Origin: an uncultured delta proteobacterium
GTDB lineage: Bacteria; Desulfobacterota; Syntrophia; Syntrophales; UBA2192
DNA: 64,000 bases
Direction: 5' to 3'
Assembly: GCA_963705165.1 (NCBI GenBank)
Contig: CAVPJD010000007.1
Span: forward strand, 1 to 64,000
The notes beneath the pieces are model-generated. The model saw only the letters and a list, made by a program, of their open reading frames with translations. It ran no database searches and had not been told where the DNA came from. The number at the start of each line of letters is the position of its first letter. Within the stretch, counting starts at the first letter, position 1. Shown here piece after piece: positions 40,657 to 50,457 of the stretch. A program made the position numbers and the translations under genes.

Positions 40657-40684
40657 CAATCGACGGATCAGTCCGTAATCTTTA
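40657..40684 (-). promoter_or_regulatory. Putative sigma28 promoter
   Basis: Minus strand TAAA-N16-GTCGATTG. Confidence 0.65.
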
Positions 40685-40767
40685 ATCCCGCCGTGCTGTT
40701 TATGTTAATGAGCCTGTGATGAATCTTCTTTTTTCCGGACCCTGGACCCTTTACCCTGCACCCTTCT

Positions 40768-41592
40768 TTATCTTCGCGCCGCCTTCTTACGCATTCCAAC
40801 GGACTTACAGGGAATTTCGACGGAGAAGATATTGATCCCCGCCTCGTGGCCGATCTCAAAGGTCGCGTCGTACTTGCGAACGAGAGAAATCGCCAGCAGA
40901 AGCCTCGAGGCCCTCTCGTCCTTCAATCCCTGTCCCGGACGTCCTTTCAGGATCGCTTCTTTCAGTTCAGCCGGCAGCGGCCTGCCGGTGTCCTGAAACT
41001 TGAGGATGACGTGGCCGTTGCGGCGTGTCGTGGAGACGAAGAACTCCTTCACGGGACTCTCCCTCATGGCCTCCATCGCGTAGCGCACCCACGTGGAGAT
41101 GAACATGGAGTAGTCGGCGGGGGAGCCGCTCACTTCGTGCAAATCCCCGTCGAGATCCATGATCTTCTTCACGTTGTGCTTGAAATCGAGGTAGAAATCG
41201 AAAAACCGTATCTCGTTCTCCACGAGTTCCGAGATGTTGACCTGCTGCATGTTGCGGTCGCCGATGGCGTAAAACTTCCCCGAAACGTGTTTGAAGAGGT
41301 CGAAGAGCCGGTCCGACTCATGGGTGATGAGTTCGATGTCCTTGAGCAGCTTCGCGTGATCCTCCGAAAGGATGCGTTCCGCCTCCGGGAATGCCTCGCG
41401 GGTCTTGCGGATCGCTTCCTCGAGACGCCGCTGGAGAAGCCGTGTGCGGCCGATGATCCCGTTGAGGGGATTGGCGAAGTTGTGCAGGATCCCCGGGATG
41501 AGCTCCTCGATGAACGTGCCTTCGAACTCCCGCTCCAGGAACCGGTAAACATCGGCTTCCCGCGTTTCCTTCACTTCCTTGGGCTTGATCAT
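40768..41592 (-). CDS. Sensor-less histidine-kinase-like protein with degenerate ATPase domain
   Basis: H-box GILHNFANPLNGI; N-box position reads VRYAMEAM; DTG retained; no GxGLG. Confidence 0.8.
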   Translation of the reverse strand: MIKPKEVKETREADVYRFLEREFEGTFIEELIPGILHNFANPLNGIIGRTRLLQRRLEEAIRKTREAFPEAERILSEDHAKLLKDIELITHESDRLFDLFKHVSGKFYAIGDRNMQQVNISELVENEIRFFDFYLDFKHNVKKIMDLDGDLHEVSGSPADYSMFISTWVRYAMEAMRESPVKEFFVSTTRRNGHVILKFQDTGRPLPAELKEAILKGRPGQGLKDERASRLLLAISLVRKYDATFEIGHEAGINIFSVEIPCKSVGMRKKAARR

Positions 41593-41683
41593 ATACTCCT
41601 TCTCCGCTTTCTACCGGGCGCCTTCGAAACTCCCTGAAGACCCGTATTCTTCTCTTACCTTCTTACCTTCTTACCCTCTTCTC

Positions 41684-42025
41684 CTACCGCCGGTTGTCGA
41701 TGATCATATTCTGATTCTGAAGCATTTTCCATGCCTGCTCAACCTTTTCCTGTTCCGATCCGCCTTGCGTGGGGGCGGTGGGGGCGCCGGTGGAATAGAT
41801 GACTGACGTGTTTCCTTCGGCATCCTTGACCTCCCTTACCCCGATCTGGTCAGAAGGGTTTCGCTCCTTCGCGGCCCGTTCCTGCTCGATCATGGTCCGT
41901 ATGGTCTCATCGCTCACTCCTGCCTTCTTGAGCTTGATGACCTCATCGGTCGTGAGGGCATGGGCCCAGCTGGCATGAAGTGCAATGATCATAATGGCGA
42001 ATGCAATTTTTACCAGTATTTTCAT
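41684..42025 (-). CDS. Secreted hypothetical protein
   Basis: Signal peptide ending AHA, then LTTDEVIKLKKAGVSDETIR.M. Confidence 0.75.
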   Translation of the reverse strand: MKILVKIAFAIMIIALHASWAHALTTDEVIKLKKAGVSDETIRTMIEQERAAKERNPSDQIGVREVKDAEGNTSVIYSTGAPTAPTQGGSEQEKVEQAWKMLQNQNMIIDNRR

Positions 42026-42071
42026 TTTCTTGCCCCCTGTACCCTTGACCCTTAACCCTGTACCCTGTTTT

Positions 42072-42713
42072 TTATATCAGCACATACCGGGTGATGTAAA
42101 TGTCCTTCAGCGCGCCCTCACCCAGGAGATCCCGGAGCTCTTCGCGCATCTGCTTCTTGAACCTCTCGCCGGAACTGGAGACCCGGATCAGTTCAAGGCC
42201 TTTCTTCTTGGCCGACATGTAAATGATCTTACGGATCGCCACCTTCCGATCCTCAGTCAAGGTCACCTCCGACTGGAACTCGAGGGTGACGTCGCACTGG
42301 AGGAACCGGTATCGGCCCTGGGCGTCTTTGAGGTCGATGCTGAAATCGGCGAAGACGGCCTCGCGGACCACCGGGACCGCGGAGGCGGCCTGGCTCTTCT
42401 GCTCAGCGGCGATCCTCGCCGCTTCCTGCTTCTGGGTAAGAACGTAGACGACGGAAGCGCTCACAAGGAGAGCAACCGCGGCCCCGGCAGGCACCAGCAC
42501 TTTCCAACCCAGAAGGGATTTCCAGTTGAAGGCAACGTCGGGGCGTTTGAACCGACCCAGGGTGTTCCGCAGAAGATTCCGGAACCGGAAAGGCAGCGAA
42601 CCCCGAACCTCGGGCGCCTGTCCCGGCTCCGTGCCGGATGCGGGGGGCGCGTCCTGCGGGGGGGCCGTCATCGCGTCCTGTTCCAGAAGATCAAGATCAA
42701 CGCGTCTTGCCAT
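42072..42713 (-). CDS. FliL-family protein (second copy)
   Basis: Single TM, then F.IDL..RFL...V.LE..IR..I..K..LG...KDIYIT. Confidence 0.75.
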   Translation of the reverse strand: MARRVDLDLLEQDAMTAPPQDAPPASGTEPGQAPEVRGSLPFRFRNLLRNTLGRFKRPDVAFNWKSLLGWKVLVPAGAAVALLVSASVVYVLTQKQEAARIAAEQKSQAASAVPVVREAVFADFSIDLKDAQGRYRFLQCDVTLEFQSEVTLTEDRKVAIRKIIYMSAKKKGLELIRVSSSGERFKKQMREELRDLLGEGALKDIYITRYVLI

Positions 42714-42725
42714 GGTCCTGCCTGC

Positions 42726-43436
42726 TTATCTCAAGTCCTTCACCCTGCCCCGCAGCCGCAGCACGGCCTGGGAGTGGAGCTGGCAGACCCGCGATTCGGT
42801 GAGGCTGAGTACGCAGCCGATTTCCTTCATGTTGAGCTCTTCATAGTAGTAGAGCGACAGCACCAGCTTTTCCTTGTCGGGAAGCGCCTCGATGGCGTCC
42901 TTGAGGATCTTCTTCACCTCGCCCCGGGCCAGCATCGACAGGGGAGAGCCCTGGTCCATCTTTTCCAGCACGTCGTAGGTGGCATACTTTTCACAGTAGT
43001 CGGGCGGCAGATCCTCGCTCGAGAGAAGGGAAACCCCCGAGGCCTCGTCGAGGAGCTGATAGTAGTCCTCGAGCGGCAGGTCGAGAAACTCGGCCACTTC
43101 CATCTCGTCGGGCGGCCGGCCCAGCTGCTTCTGAAGGGCCCGCATCGCCTTCTCGATCCTGGCGTCCTTGTTCCGCGCCGATCGCGGCTGCCAGTCCCTC
43201 GCCCGAAGCTCGTCGAGAACCGCCCCGCGGATGCGGAAGCGCGCGTAGGTTTCGAACTGCACGTTACGCGTCTTGTCGAATTTCTCCAGGGCGGAGATCA
43301 GGCCGATGATTCCCACGTTGACGAGGTCATCGCGCTCGGCCACGTGATGGGGCACCTTGCAGGCGATCCTGTCGGCAATGCTCTTGACGAGGGGAGCGTA
43401 TTTCAGAATCAGCTTGTCCCGTTCCTTCTTGTCCAC
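42726..43436 (-). CDS. fliA: RNA polymerase sigma28 factor FliA
   Basis: DDL...GIIGLI.A..KFD, FETYA..RIRGA.LDELR..DW.PRS, LYYYEEL.MKEIG..L.LTESRV.QLH; probable GTG start. Confidence 0.97.
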   Translation of the reverse strand: MDKKERDKLILKYAPLVKSIADRIACKVPHHVAERDDLVNVGIIGLISALEKFDKTRNVQFETYARFRIRGAVLDELRARDWQPRSARNKDARIEKAMRALQKQLGRPPDEMEVAEFLDLPLEDYYQLLDEASGVSLLSSEDLPPDYCEKYATYDVLEKMDQGSPLSMLARGEVKKILKDAIEALPDKEKLVLSLYYYEELNMKEIGCVLSLTESRVCQLHSQAVLRLRGRVKDLR

Positions 43437-43444
43437 GTCGTCCC

Positions 43445-44419
43445 TTATCCGCGTCCTTTGTCGACGATCGATTTCCAGAAGAACTTCAGGCTTCCCGACT
43501 CGCAGAACTCGGGCTGTAGCCTGCAGAGCTTGCGGGCGATGGACTGCAGGCACTTGCTCGCCCTGGAATCGGGGTAGATCTCCGCCAGGGCCTTCTGCTG
43601 CCTCACCGCATCGCTCACCCGGGTGTCGTCGAGGACGTAGCCCAGGTATTCGATGGAAAGGTTGAGGAAGTGGGAGGTGGCATTGCTCACCTTCAGGAAT
43701 ACCTCCCGGGCCTCGCTTGAATTCTTGACCCTGTTGGCGAGAAGCATGAAGCGCTTCTCCCCGTAGTTGCTGTAGAGGATCTTGATGAGCGCATAGGCGT
43801 CCGTGATGGACGTGGGCTCCGGGGAAACGACGACGATGATCTCCCGGGCGGCTACGTTGAAGTAGATGACATTGCCGGCGATGCCCGCCGCCGTGTCGAT
43901 GAGCAGGAAGTCAAACTCCCCGCCAAGCCCCCCCAGCTCATCGAGCAGGGCCAGCTTCTCCCCCTTCGAGAGCTCCGCCATTTCCTGGATTCCCGAGCTG
44001 GCCGGGAGGATATGCATGCCGCCGGGCCCTTTGAGGATCACGTCGGCCAGCGCCTTCTCCCCACTCAGGACATGGGAGAGATTGTACTTCGGGACGATCC
44101 CCAGGATCACGTCGATGTTGGCCAGGCCCATGTCGGCATCGAGGATGAGGGTTTTTTTATTCATCTGCGAGAGATGCCAGGCCAGGTTGGTGGCGATGTT
44201 GGTCTTGCCCACGCCGCCCTTGCCGCTCGTGATGGCAATGACACGGATGGGCCGCTGGGTCAACTGCTCCTCCGCCGCGCTTCCCGGCAGGGGCGTTTTC
44301 GATCCGCTTTGTTCTTCCGAGGCTTTTTTCATTCGCCTGAGCATTGAAGCCTGATCCAAGGGAAAATAACCTCCGGTTGATGACGTGTACTCTGCCGCTT
44401 TCGGCCTTTCGGCCTCCAT
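43445..44419 (-). CDS. flhG: MinD-like flagellar number regulator FlhG/FleN
   Basis: TSGKGGVGKT, DADMGLANID, DTAAGI, PEPTSITDAY. Confidence 0.96.
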   Translation of the reverse strand: MEAERPKAAEYTSSTGGYFPLDQASMLRRMKKASEEQSGSKTPLPGSAAEEQLTQRPIRVIAITSGKGGVGKTNIATNLAWHLSQMNKKTLILDADMGLANIDVILGIVPKYNLSHVLSGEKALADVILKGPGGMHILPASSGIQEMAELSKGEKLALLDELGGLGGEFDFLLIDTAAGIAGNVIYFNVAAREIIVVVSPEPTSITDAYALIKILYSNYGEKRFMLLANRVKNSSEAREVFLKVSNATSHFLNLSIEYLGYVLDDTRVSDAVRQQKALAEIYPDSRASKCLQSIARKLCRLQPEFCESGSLKFFWKSIVDKGRG

Positions 44420-44422
44420 CGA

Positions 44423-44562
44423 GAAGGTAAGAAGGTGAGAGGGTCAGAAGGTTGGATGAGTGGGCGCCACACCGTTCATCATCCTTTTTTTCGGGGCCTT
44501 CAACCCTTCATTCCCTGTCGTTTCCAGCTTCTTACCCTCTTAACTTCTTACCTTCTTACCTT
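44423..44562. repeat. Inverted pair of 8-bp-period GAAGG/CCTTC arrays
   Basis: gaaggtaa gaaggtga gagggtca gaaggttg ... cttcttac cctcttaa cttcttac cttcttac cttc. Confidence 0.75.
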
Positions 44563-44569
44563 CTATTTC

Positions 44570-45739
44570 TCAATGCAGTGTCCGGGTCATGATGATCTTC
44601 GCCAGCCGGCCCGCGTCGATCTTCTCGATGTCCTGGGGAACGTTCTGGCCATTGGTCACATAGGAAACGGGTTTGCGCTCCTGATCGATCACGTTGTAGA
44701 TCATGCCGAAATGGCGGCTCTCGTCGAGCTTGGTGAAGATGATCGACTGGTAACCGACCGGTTTGAACCGCGCCAGGTTCTCGGCAAGGTTGTCCTGGCT
44801 CGACGTCAGGGGCAGCAACAGATTGGTTTCCACGGGGTTCTCGATCTGGAAGAGGTCCCGCAGCTTTTCGATGTAGCCGGGCTCCACGGAGCTCTTGCCG
44901 GGCGTGTCCACCAGGATGAGATCCCGGTCCGACAGTTTCGCCAGGGCCCGCCTGAAGGCTGTCTTGTCGGAGACCACCTCGATGGGGATCTCCATGATGC
45001 GGGCGTAGGTCTTGAGCTGCTCCACCGCTGCGATGCGGTAGGTATCCGTCGTGATGAGCCCCACCTTCAGCTTCTCCTCGAGGGCCGAGCGCGCGGCGAT
45101 TTTTGCCAGCGTCGTCGTCTTTCCCGCGCCCGTGGGGCCCACGAAGGCGCAGATCCTTTTGCGCTCCGCGCTCCGGTAAGACAGGCCGATGGAGCGGGCC
45201 AGCAGCTTTTCGGCGACCCGGCACAGGCCTTCCTCGTCCTGCAGCTCCCCGGCCGTCAGGTTGCGGTTCAGCGTGCTGACCAGCAGGAAGGCCCTCGAGC
45301 GCGACACGCCGATGGAGACCATTTGATGATAGATCTTCAAGAGCGCCCCGGAGAGTTTCTCTTTGCGTTGGAAGCCCATGGTGTCGAAGAAGGTGTCGAG
45401 CATCTCCTTCATCTCCAGGAACTCCCCGTAGGGGAAGGGGCGCATGGCCGTCTCGGCGAGCCGCGTCTTGATCTCCTCCACGTCACGGCGCAGCGTGGAA
45501 GCCAGGGTCTCATCGTCGCCCCGTGCCGGCGCTGCCTGGGGAGCCCCTGCAGGCAGGGGGAGAGGCTTCTCGCGCCGTCCTTGCGGTCGCTCGTCCAGGG
45601 CGGCTGTCACCTCGAAAAGCGGGACCCGCCCGCTTCGGAGTTTTCGCGTTGAGAGCACCACGGCATCCGGCCCGAGCTCGTTCTTGATTTTCAAAAAGGC
45701 TTCCTGGGTGCTGGCGGCTTCGAAACGTTTGATCTGCAC
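44570..45739 (-). CDS. flhF: SRP-family GTPase FlhF
   Basis: GPTGAGKTTT.AK, DTYRIAAVEQL, DTPG, TKLDE, GQNVP.DI. Confidence 0.97.
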   Translation of the reverse strand: MQIKRFEAASTQEAFLKIKNELGPDAVVLSTRKLRSGRVPLFEVTAALDERPQGRREKPLPLPAGAPQAAPARGDDETLASTLRRDVEEIKTRLAETAMRPFPYGEFLEMKEMLDTFFDTMGFQRKEKLSGALLKIYHQMVSIGVSRSRAFLLVSTLNRNLTAGELQDEEGLCRVAEKLLARSIGLSYRSAERKRICAFVGPTGAGKTTTLAKIAARSALEEKLKVGLITTDTYRIAAVEQLKTYARIMEIPIEVVSDKTAFRRALAKLSDRDLILVDTPGKSSVEPGYIEKLRDLFQIENPVETNLLLPLTSSQDNLAENLARFKPVGYQSIIFTKLDESRHFGMIYNVIDQERKPVSYVTNGQNVPQDIEKIDAGRLAKIIMTRTLH

Positions 45740-45743
45740 GGCC

Positions 45744-47813
45744 TTACTCCACGATCCCCAAAGATTTGATGTTCACATCGTGCGTGATTTCGTTGTGAGA
45801 GAGCACGATGATGTTCGGGAAAAATTTCTCCAATACCTTCCGGAAATGAATCCGGGCACCCGGCGAGCACAGCACGATGGGCTGCAGGCCCCGCGAGGTG
45901 AAGGTGCCGATGTACTTCTGGACGCTGCGGACGATCTTCTGCACCCAGTTCGGGTCCACCGTGAGGTAGGACTCGAACTCCGTGTGCTGGATGGAGTGGC
46001 TGATCTTCTCCTCGATCTCCGGCGAGAGCATCACCACGGTAATGTTGCCCTCGACGTCCCGGTACTGCTTCGTGATGGTCCGGGCCAGGGCCTGGCGCAC
46101 GTAGCCCGTCAGGATGTCGATGTTCTTCGTGAGCGGCGCGTAATCGGCCAGCGTCTCCAGTACCGTCAGCAGGTCGCGGATGGAGATCCGCTCGCGAAGC
46201 AGCCGCTGCAGCACGCGGTGGATCGTCCCCGCGGAGACCACCTTCGGGACCAGTTCCTCGACCACCCTGGGGTAGGTCTTCGCAAGATTGTCGAGAAGCG
46301 ACTGAACCTCCTGCCGCCCCAGCAGCTCGTCCGAATGGCTCTTGATGAGCTCTGTCAGATGCGTCGTCACCACCGTGGCGGGGTCCACGACGACCACCCC
46401 GCGGGCCTGGACGCTTTCCTTTTCCTTCTCCGAGATCCACACGGCAGGCAATCCGAAAGCGGGCTCTTTCGTGTCGATGCCCTTGACCCTGGGGGTCTTG
46501 TCCGACGTGAGCGCCAGCCAGTGCCCGGGCATGAGCTCACCTCGGGAGATTTCAACGCCCTTCAGGATGACGGAATACTGGTTCGGCTTGAGCTGGAGGT
46601 TGTCCCGGATGTGGATGGCCGGGATGACAAATCCCATCTCCTGGGCCAGCTGACGGCGCAGCGACTTGATGCGCTGGAGCAATTCGCCCCCCTGGGCCAT
46701 GTCGACGAAGCCGATGAGGCCGTAGCCCACCTCGATCTCCAGCAGGTCGAGCGGCAGCAGCGAGTCCACCGTCTCGATGGCCGAGGGCGGCAGGACTTCC
46801 TCTTCCAGGGCCTCCTCGGCGGGCACAGCCGCCTTCATGAGCCTGAAGGCCAGGAAACCCGCCGCTGCGGCGATGACGAAAAAAGAGAACTTGGGCATCC
46901 CGGGGATCAGCGCAAAGACGAAGAGGATGGCGGCAGCCGTGCCGATGACCTTCGGCTGCGCGAAGAGCTGATCCGTGATCTCCTGCCCGAGGTTGGACGA
47001 TGAGGTGGAGCGTGTCACGAGCATACCGGCGGCCGTGGAGATGATCAGGGCCGGCACCTGCGTCACGAGTCCGTCACCGATGGTGAGCAGCGTGTAGTTG
47101 CGGGCCGCATCGGTGATGTCCATGCCCTGCTGCAGCACGCCGACGATGAGGCCGCCGACGATGTTGATGAAGATGATCACGACCCCGGCGACGGCGTCGC
47201 CGCGCACGAATTTGCTGGCACCGTCCATGGCGCCGTAGAAATCGGCTTCCCGCTCGATCTCGCCGCGCCGGCGCCGGGCATCGGCCTCGGAGATGAGTCC
47301 GGTATTGAGGTCCGCGTCGATGCTCATCTGCTTGCCCGGCATGGCGTCGAGGGTAAACCGGGCCGCCACCTCGGCGATGCGGGTGGCGCCCTTGGTGATG
47401 ACGACGAAGTTGATCAGGGTGAGCACCGCGAAGACGATGAGCCCCACCACGTAGTTTCCCCCCACGACAAAGGTCCCGAACGCCTTGATGACCTGGCCGG
47501 CAGCCCCGGTACCCTCGTTTCCGTGGAGCAGGATGAGCCGCGACGAGGCCACGTTGAGCGAGAGACGGAACAGGGTCACCGTCAGCAGGACGGAGGGAAA
47601 GACGGAGAATTCGAGCGGCTTCATGACGAACATGGACATGAGCAGGATCACGATGGAGAGCGTGATGCTCAGCGACAGCAGCAGGTCGATGACCAGCGGC
47701 GGCAGGGGGATCACCATGACCATGAGGACGCCGATGACCCCGACGCCCATGAGGATTGCCGGGTTTGCTGCCCAGTGGGGCGGGGCCTGTGCTCTCTGTA
47801 CCGCTTCAGCCAT
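45744..47813 (-). CDS. flhA: Flagellar export gate FlhA
   Basis: RIAEVAARFTLDAMPGKQMSIDADL, FYGAMDGASKFVRGD. Confidence 0.99.
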   Translation of the reverse strand: MAEAVQRAQAPPHWAANPAILMGVGVIGVLMVMVIPLPPLVIDLLLSLSITLSIVILLMSMFVMKPLEFSVFPSVLLTVTLFRLSLNVASSRLILLHGNEGTGAAGQVIKAFGTFVVGGNYVVGLIVFAVLTLINFVVITKGATRIAEVAARFTLDAMPGKQMSIDADLNTGLISEADARRRRGEIEREADFYGAMDGASKFVRGDAVAGVVIIFINIVGGLIVGVLQQGMDITDAARNYTLLTIGDGLVTQVPALIISTAAGMLVTRSTSSSNLGQEITDQLFAQPKVIGTAAAILFVFALIPGMPKFSFFVIAAAAGFLAFRLMKAAVPAEEALEEEVLPPSAIETVDSLLPLDLLEIEVGYGLIGFVDMAQGGELLQRIKSLRRQLAQEMGFVIPAIHIRDNLQLKPNQYSVILKGVEISRGELMPGHWLALTSDKTPRVKGIDTKEPAFGLPAVWISEKEKESVQARGVVVVDPATVVTTHLTELIKSHSDELLGRQEVQSLLDNLAKTYPRVVEELVPKVVSAGTIHRVLQRLLRERISIRDLLTVLETLADYAPLTKNIDILTGYVRQALARTITKQYRDVEGNITVVMLSPEIEEKISHSIQHTEFESYLTVDPNWVQKIVRSVQKYIGTFTSRGLQPIVLCSPGARIHFRKVLEKFFPNIIVLSHNEITHDVNIKSLGIVE

Positions 47814-47928
47814 GAATCATCCTAAATCAGGGGACAGGGTTCAGGGTCCAGGGTACAGGGTCGGGAAAATACCAACCCGCAGCTTGAACTCTTGAATCCT
47901 GCCGTTGTTTTTCCGGTCTTGAACACAA

Positions 47929-48999
47929 TCAGACGGCCCGTTCCTTCAAACCGTAGACATAAGCCAGAATCTCGGCGACGGCACGGTAGAGATCCTCCGG
48001 GATCGCCTGATCCACATCGATCGTTTTATACAATAGTTGTGCCACGGGTTTGTTCTCGATGACGGGCACCCCGTGGGCCGCGGCGATCTCCCGGATACTT
48101 TCCGCCACGAAGCCGGCCCCCTTGGCCACGACGGTGGGCGCGTACATCTTCTCGGGGTCATAACGGATGGCCACGGCCAGGTGCGTCGGGTTGGTGATGA
48201 CCACATCGGCCTTGGGGACATTGGCCATCATGCGCTTGCGTGCCGCCTCGCGCTGGATACGGCGAATCCGCGACTTGATGATGGGATTGCCCTCGGTCTG
48301 CTTGTACTCGTCCTTGACCTCCTGGTGCGACATACGGATCCCCTTCTCGAACTCCCAGCGCTGGTAAAGGTAATCCACGATCGCCAGTACGATGAGGATC
48401 CAGCAGGTCGTGATCAGGATCTTGAAGGAGATCCTCCCCGTGTACAGGAGGATCCCCCCGAGGGACTCGTCCATCAGCGGGATCATGTTCTGGAGTTCGT
48501 CCTTCAGGGTGAACCAGACAACGACGGTTACGATGGCCATTTTCAGAAGGCTCTTGACCAGTTCCACGAGCGAGCGCAGGGCAAAAAGCCGCTGGAACCC
48601 CTTGATGGGGTCGATCTTCTCGAATTTCGGGGCCAGCGTCTCGGTGGAGAAGACGAAGCCGATCTGGAGATAATTGGCCAGGAGACCGGCAATGACCACC
48701 GTGAGCAGCAGCGGCGCCATGACCAGGAAGAGCTTCCAGGTCCAGCCCCACATCAGCGCGTTGATGTTGTTGAGACTGACGGCCGTCGTGCCGCTCTCCC
48801 GCAACGTCCAGCTCGTGAGGTCCATCAGGCGCTCGATCATCCCGCCGGAGCCGAAATAGAAAAAGATCGTGCAGGCAAGCAGGATCGCCGCCGAGGCCAC
48901 TTCCGGGCTCTTGGCGACCTGGCCCTTGTTCCGGGCTTCTTCGCGTCGCTTGGGCGACGCCTGTTCATTTCGTTCCTGGTCCTTGTCGATGTCGGCCAT
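47929..48999 (-). CDS. flhB: Flagellar export switch FlhB
   Basis: KGQVAKS.E, EGNP..K.R.R, VITNPTH autocleavage motif. Confidence 0.98.
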   Translation of the reverse strand: MADIDKDQERNEQASPKRREEARNKGQVAKSPEVASAAILLACTIFFYFGSGGMIERLMDLTSWTLRESGTTAVSLNNINALMWGWTWKLFLVMAPLLLTVVIAGLLANYLQIGFVFSTETLAPKFEKIDPIKGFQRLFALRSLVELVKSLLKMAIVTVVVWFTLKDELQNMIPLMDESLGGILLYTGRISFKILITTCWILIVLAIVDYLYQRWEFEKGIRMSHQEVKDEYKQTEGNPIIKSRIRRIQREAARKRMMANVPKADVVITNPTHLAVAIRYDPEKMYAPTVVAKGAGFVAESIREIAAAHGVPVIENKPVAQLLYKTIDVDQAIPEDLYRAVAEILAYVYGLKERAV

Positions 49000-49003
49000 G
49001 AAT

Positions 49004-49274
49004 ACAGGGCTCAGGGTTCAGGGTCTAGGGTTCAGGGTGAATAAAAGGCCTCAAGGGCCTTCAACCATGCCGTTCTGCAACCCGTGCAACATTGTTCCGG
49101 CCTTCTGACGCTGACGTCAAAAAACAGGCAAAAAGACCGGAAATATCATGCAAATAGCGTTGATGGACAGGATTGCAGACTTCGTGCCGAAACGGGGGGA
49201 GTGGGCGTATCTCGGGCGACTATCTTTTTCCGTTTTTCCGGAACCCTGGACCCTGCACCCTGGACCCTGTCCCC
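49004..49274. repeat. Inverted pair of degenerate heptamer arrays
   Basis: cagggct cagggtt cagggtc tagggtt caggg (49004-49037) ... accctgg accctgc accctgg accctgt (49243-49270). Confidence 0.8.
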
Positions 49275-49288
49275 GGCGCCTTTGGCGC

Positions 49289-50062
49289 CTACATCGCCCT
49301 GAGCAAAAGGCTCATTTCGGCGGGGAGATTCGAGAAGATCCCTGACGCAATCTGGAGAAACAGGGGGATGGTGAGTCCGACCCCGATGAGCCCGATGGCG
49401 ATCTGGAGGGGAATGCCGACGATGAAAACGTTCATCTGGGGGACGGTCCGGGCAATGAGCCCCAGGCCGAGATTGGCAAACAGCAGCGCCACAACGATCG
49501 GCGCCGAGATCTTCACGGCGATGACGAACAGGTTCCGGGACAGATCGACAAGGCTCTGCGCCAGTGCCCCCGTCATGTGGAACCCGAGGACCGGCAGCAT
49601 CGTATAGCTCTCCGAGACGGCCTGGATCAGCATGTGGTGACCGTTGACGCCCAGAAAGAGAAGCCCCGCAAAAAGGTACTGGATCTCGGCGATGACGGAG
49701 ACCTGGTCGCTCGTGAGGGGGTCGATGACGTTGATGATGGAGAAACCCATCTGGAAGCCTACGAGATCACCGGCCATCCGGATGCCCGCAAAAGCAAGAC
49801 GAGCGGCAAAACCCAGGGCGATCCCGATGAGGACCTCGCCCCCCATTCTCAGGCCGAGCGTGAAAAGATCATCGGCGCCCGCGGCAGGGTGCCCGACGAA
49901 GGGAAGAACGAGAAAGGTGATGATTATTGCCAGCCCCCCCTTGACCCGGACAGGGGTCGTCCGGTCCCCGAGGATGGGGATCATCACCACGATGGTGCTG
50001 ACCCGGAGCAAAACGAGAAAGAAGAGCTCGATCTGCCCGGCGGAGAAGTTGGGAATGTTCAT
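49289..50062 (-). CDS. fliR: Flagellar export protein FliR
   Basis: AG..VGFQMG, GHH, ARTVPQMNVF.VG.P. Confidence 0.97.
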   Translation of the reverse strand: MNIPNFSAGQIELFFLVLLRVSTIVVMIPILGDRTTPVRVKGGLAIIITFLVLPFVGHPAAGADDLFTLGLRMGGEVLIGIALGFAARLAFAGIRMAGDLVGFQMGFSIINVIDPLTSDQVSVIAEIQYLFAGLLFLGVNGHHMLIQAVSESYTMLPVLGFHMTGALAQSLVDLSRNLFVIAVKISAPIVVALLFANLGLGLIARTVPQMNVFIVGIPLQIAIGLIGVGLTIPLFLQIASGIFSNLPAEMSLLLRAM

Positions 50063-50162
50063 GTCCCCACTCGATCTGCAGTGGCCCGGTTTCTATGGAG
50101 GGCGGTGACATCTTCTCTTCACCTTCTACACCCTACACCCTATACCCTATACCCTGTCAGCC

Positions 50163-50432
50163 TTACCGTATGTAATTCGGTATGTTCGAAAAAAGGTTGT
50201 GCGTGAAGTTCACGAGCATGTCCATCATCCAGGGTGCGGCGAAGAGAAGGGCCAGCATGACGGCGATGATCTTGGGCACAAAGGCAAGCGTCATCTCGTG
50301 CACCTGGGTCACAGCCTGAAAGATGCTGATCACGAGGCCCACGACGAGTCCCACGAGCAGCACCGGGGCCGACACGAGAAGGGTCACCTTCATCGTCTCC
50401 GCTGCGATGCCCATGATCAGATCGGTTGACAT
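50163..50432 (-). CDS. fliQ: Flagellar export protein FliQ
   Basis: SIFQAVTQVHEMTLAFVPK. Confidence 0.98.
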   Translation of the reverse strand: MSTDLIMGIAAETMKVTLLVSAPVLLVGLVVGLVISIFQAVTQVHEMTLAFVPKIIAVMLALLFAAPWMMDMLVNFTHNLFSNIPNYIR

Positions 50433-50457
50433 GACTGCCCTTATCCTTTCCGGAGCC

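Noticed and set aside
49085..49099. Sigma54 site upstream of flhB (minus strand CGGAACAATGTTGCA)
   Set aside because: GG-GC spacing is 9 rather than 10; it could be an indel error but is not supportable as written.
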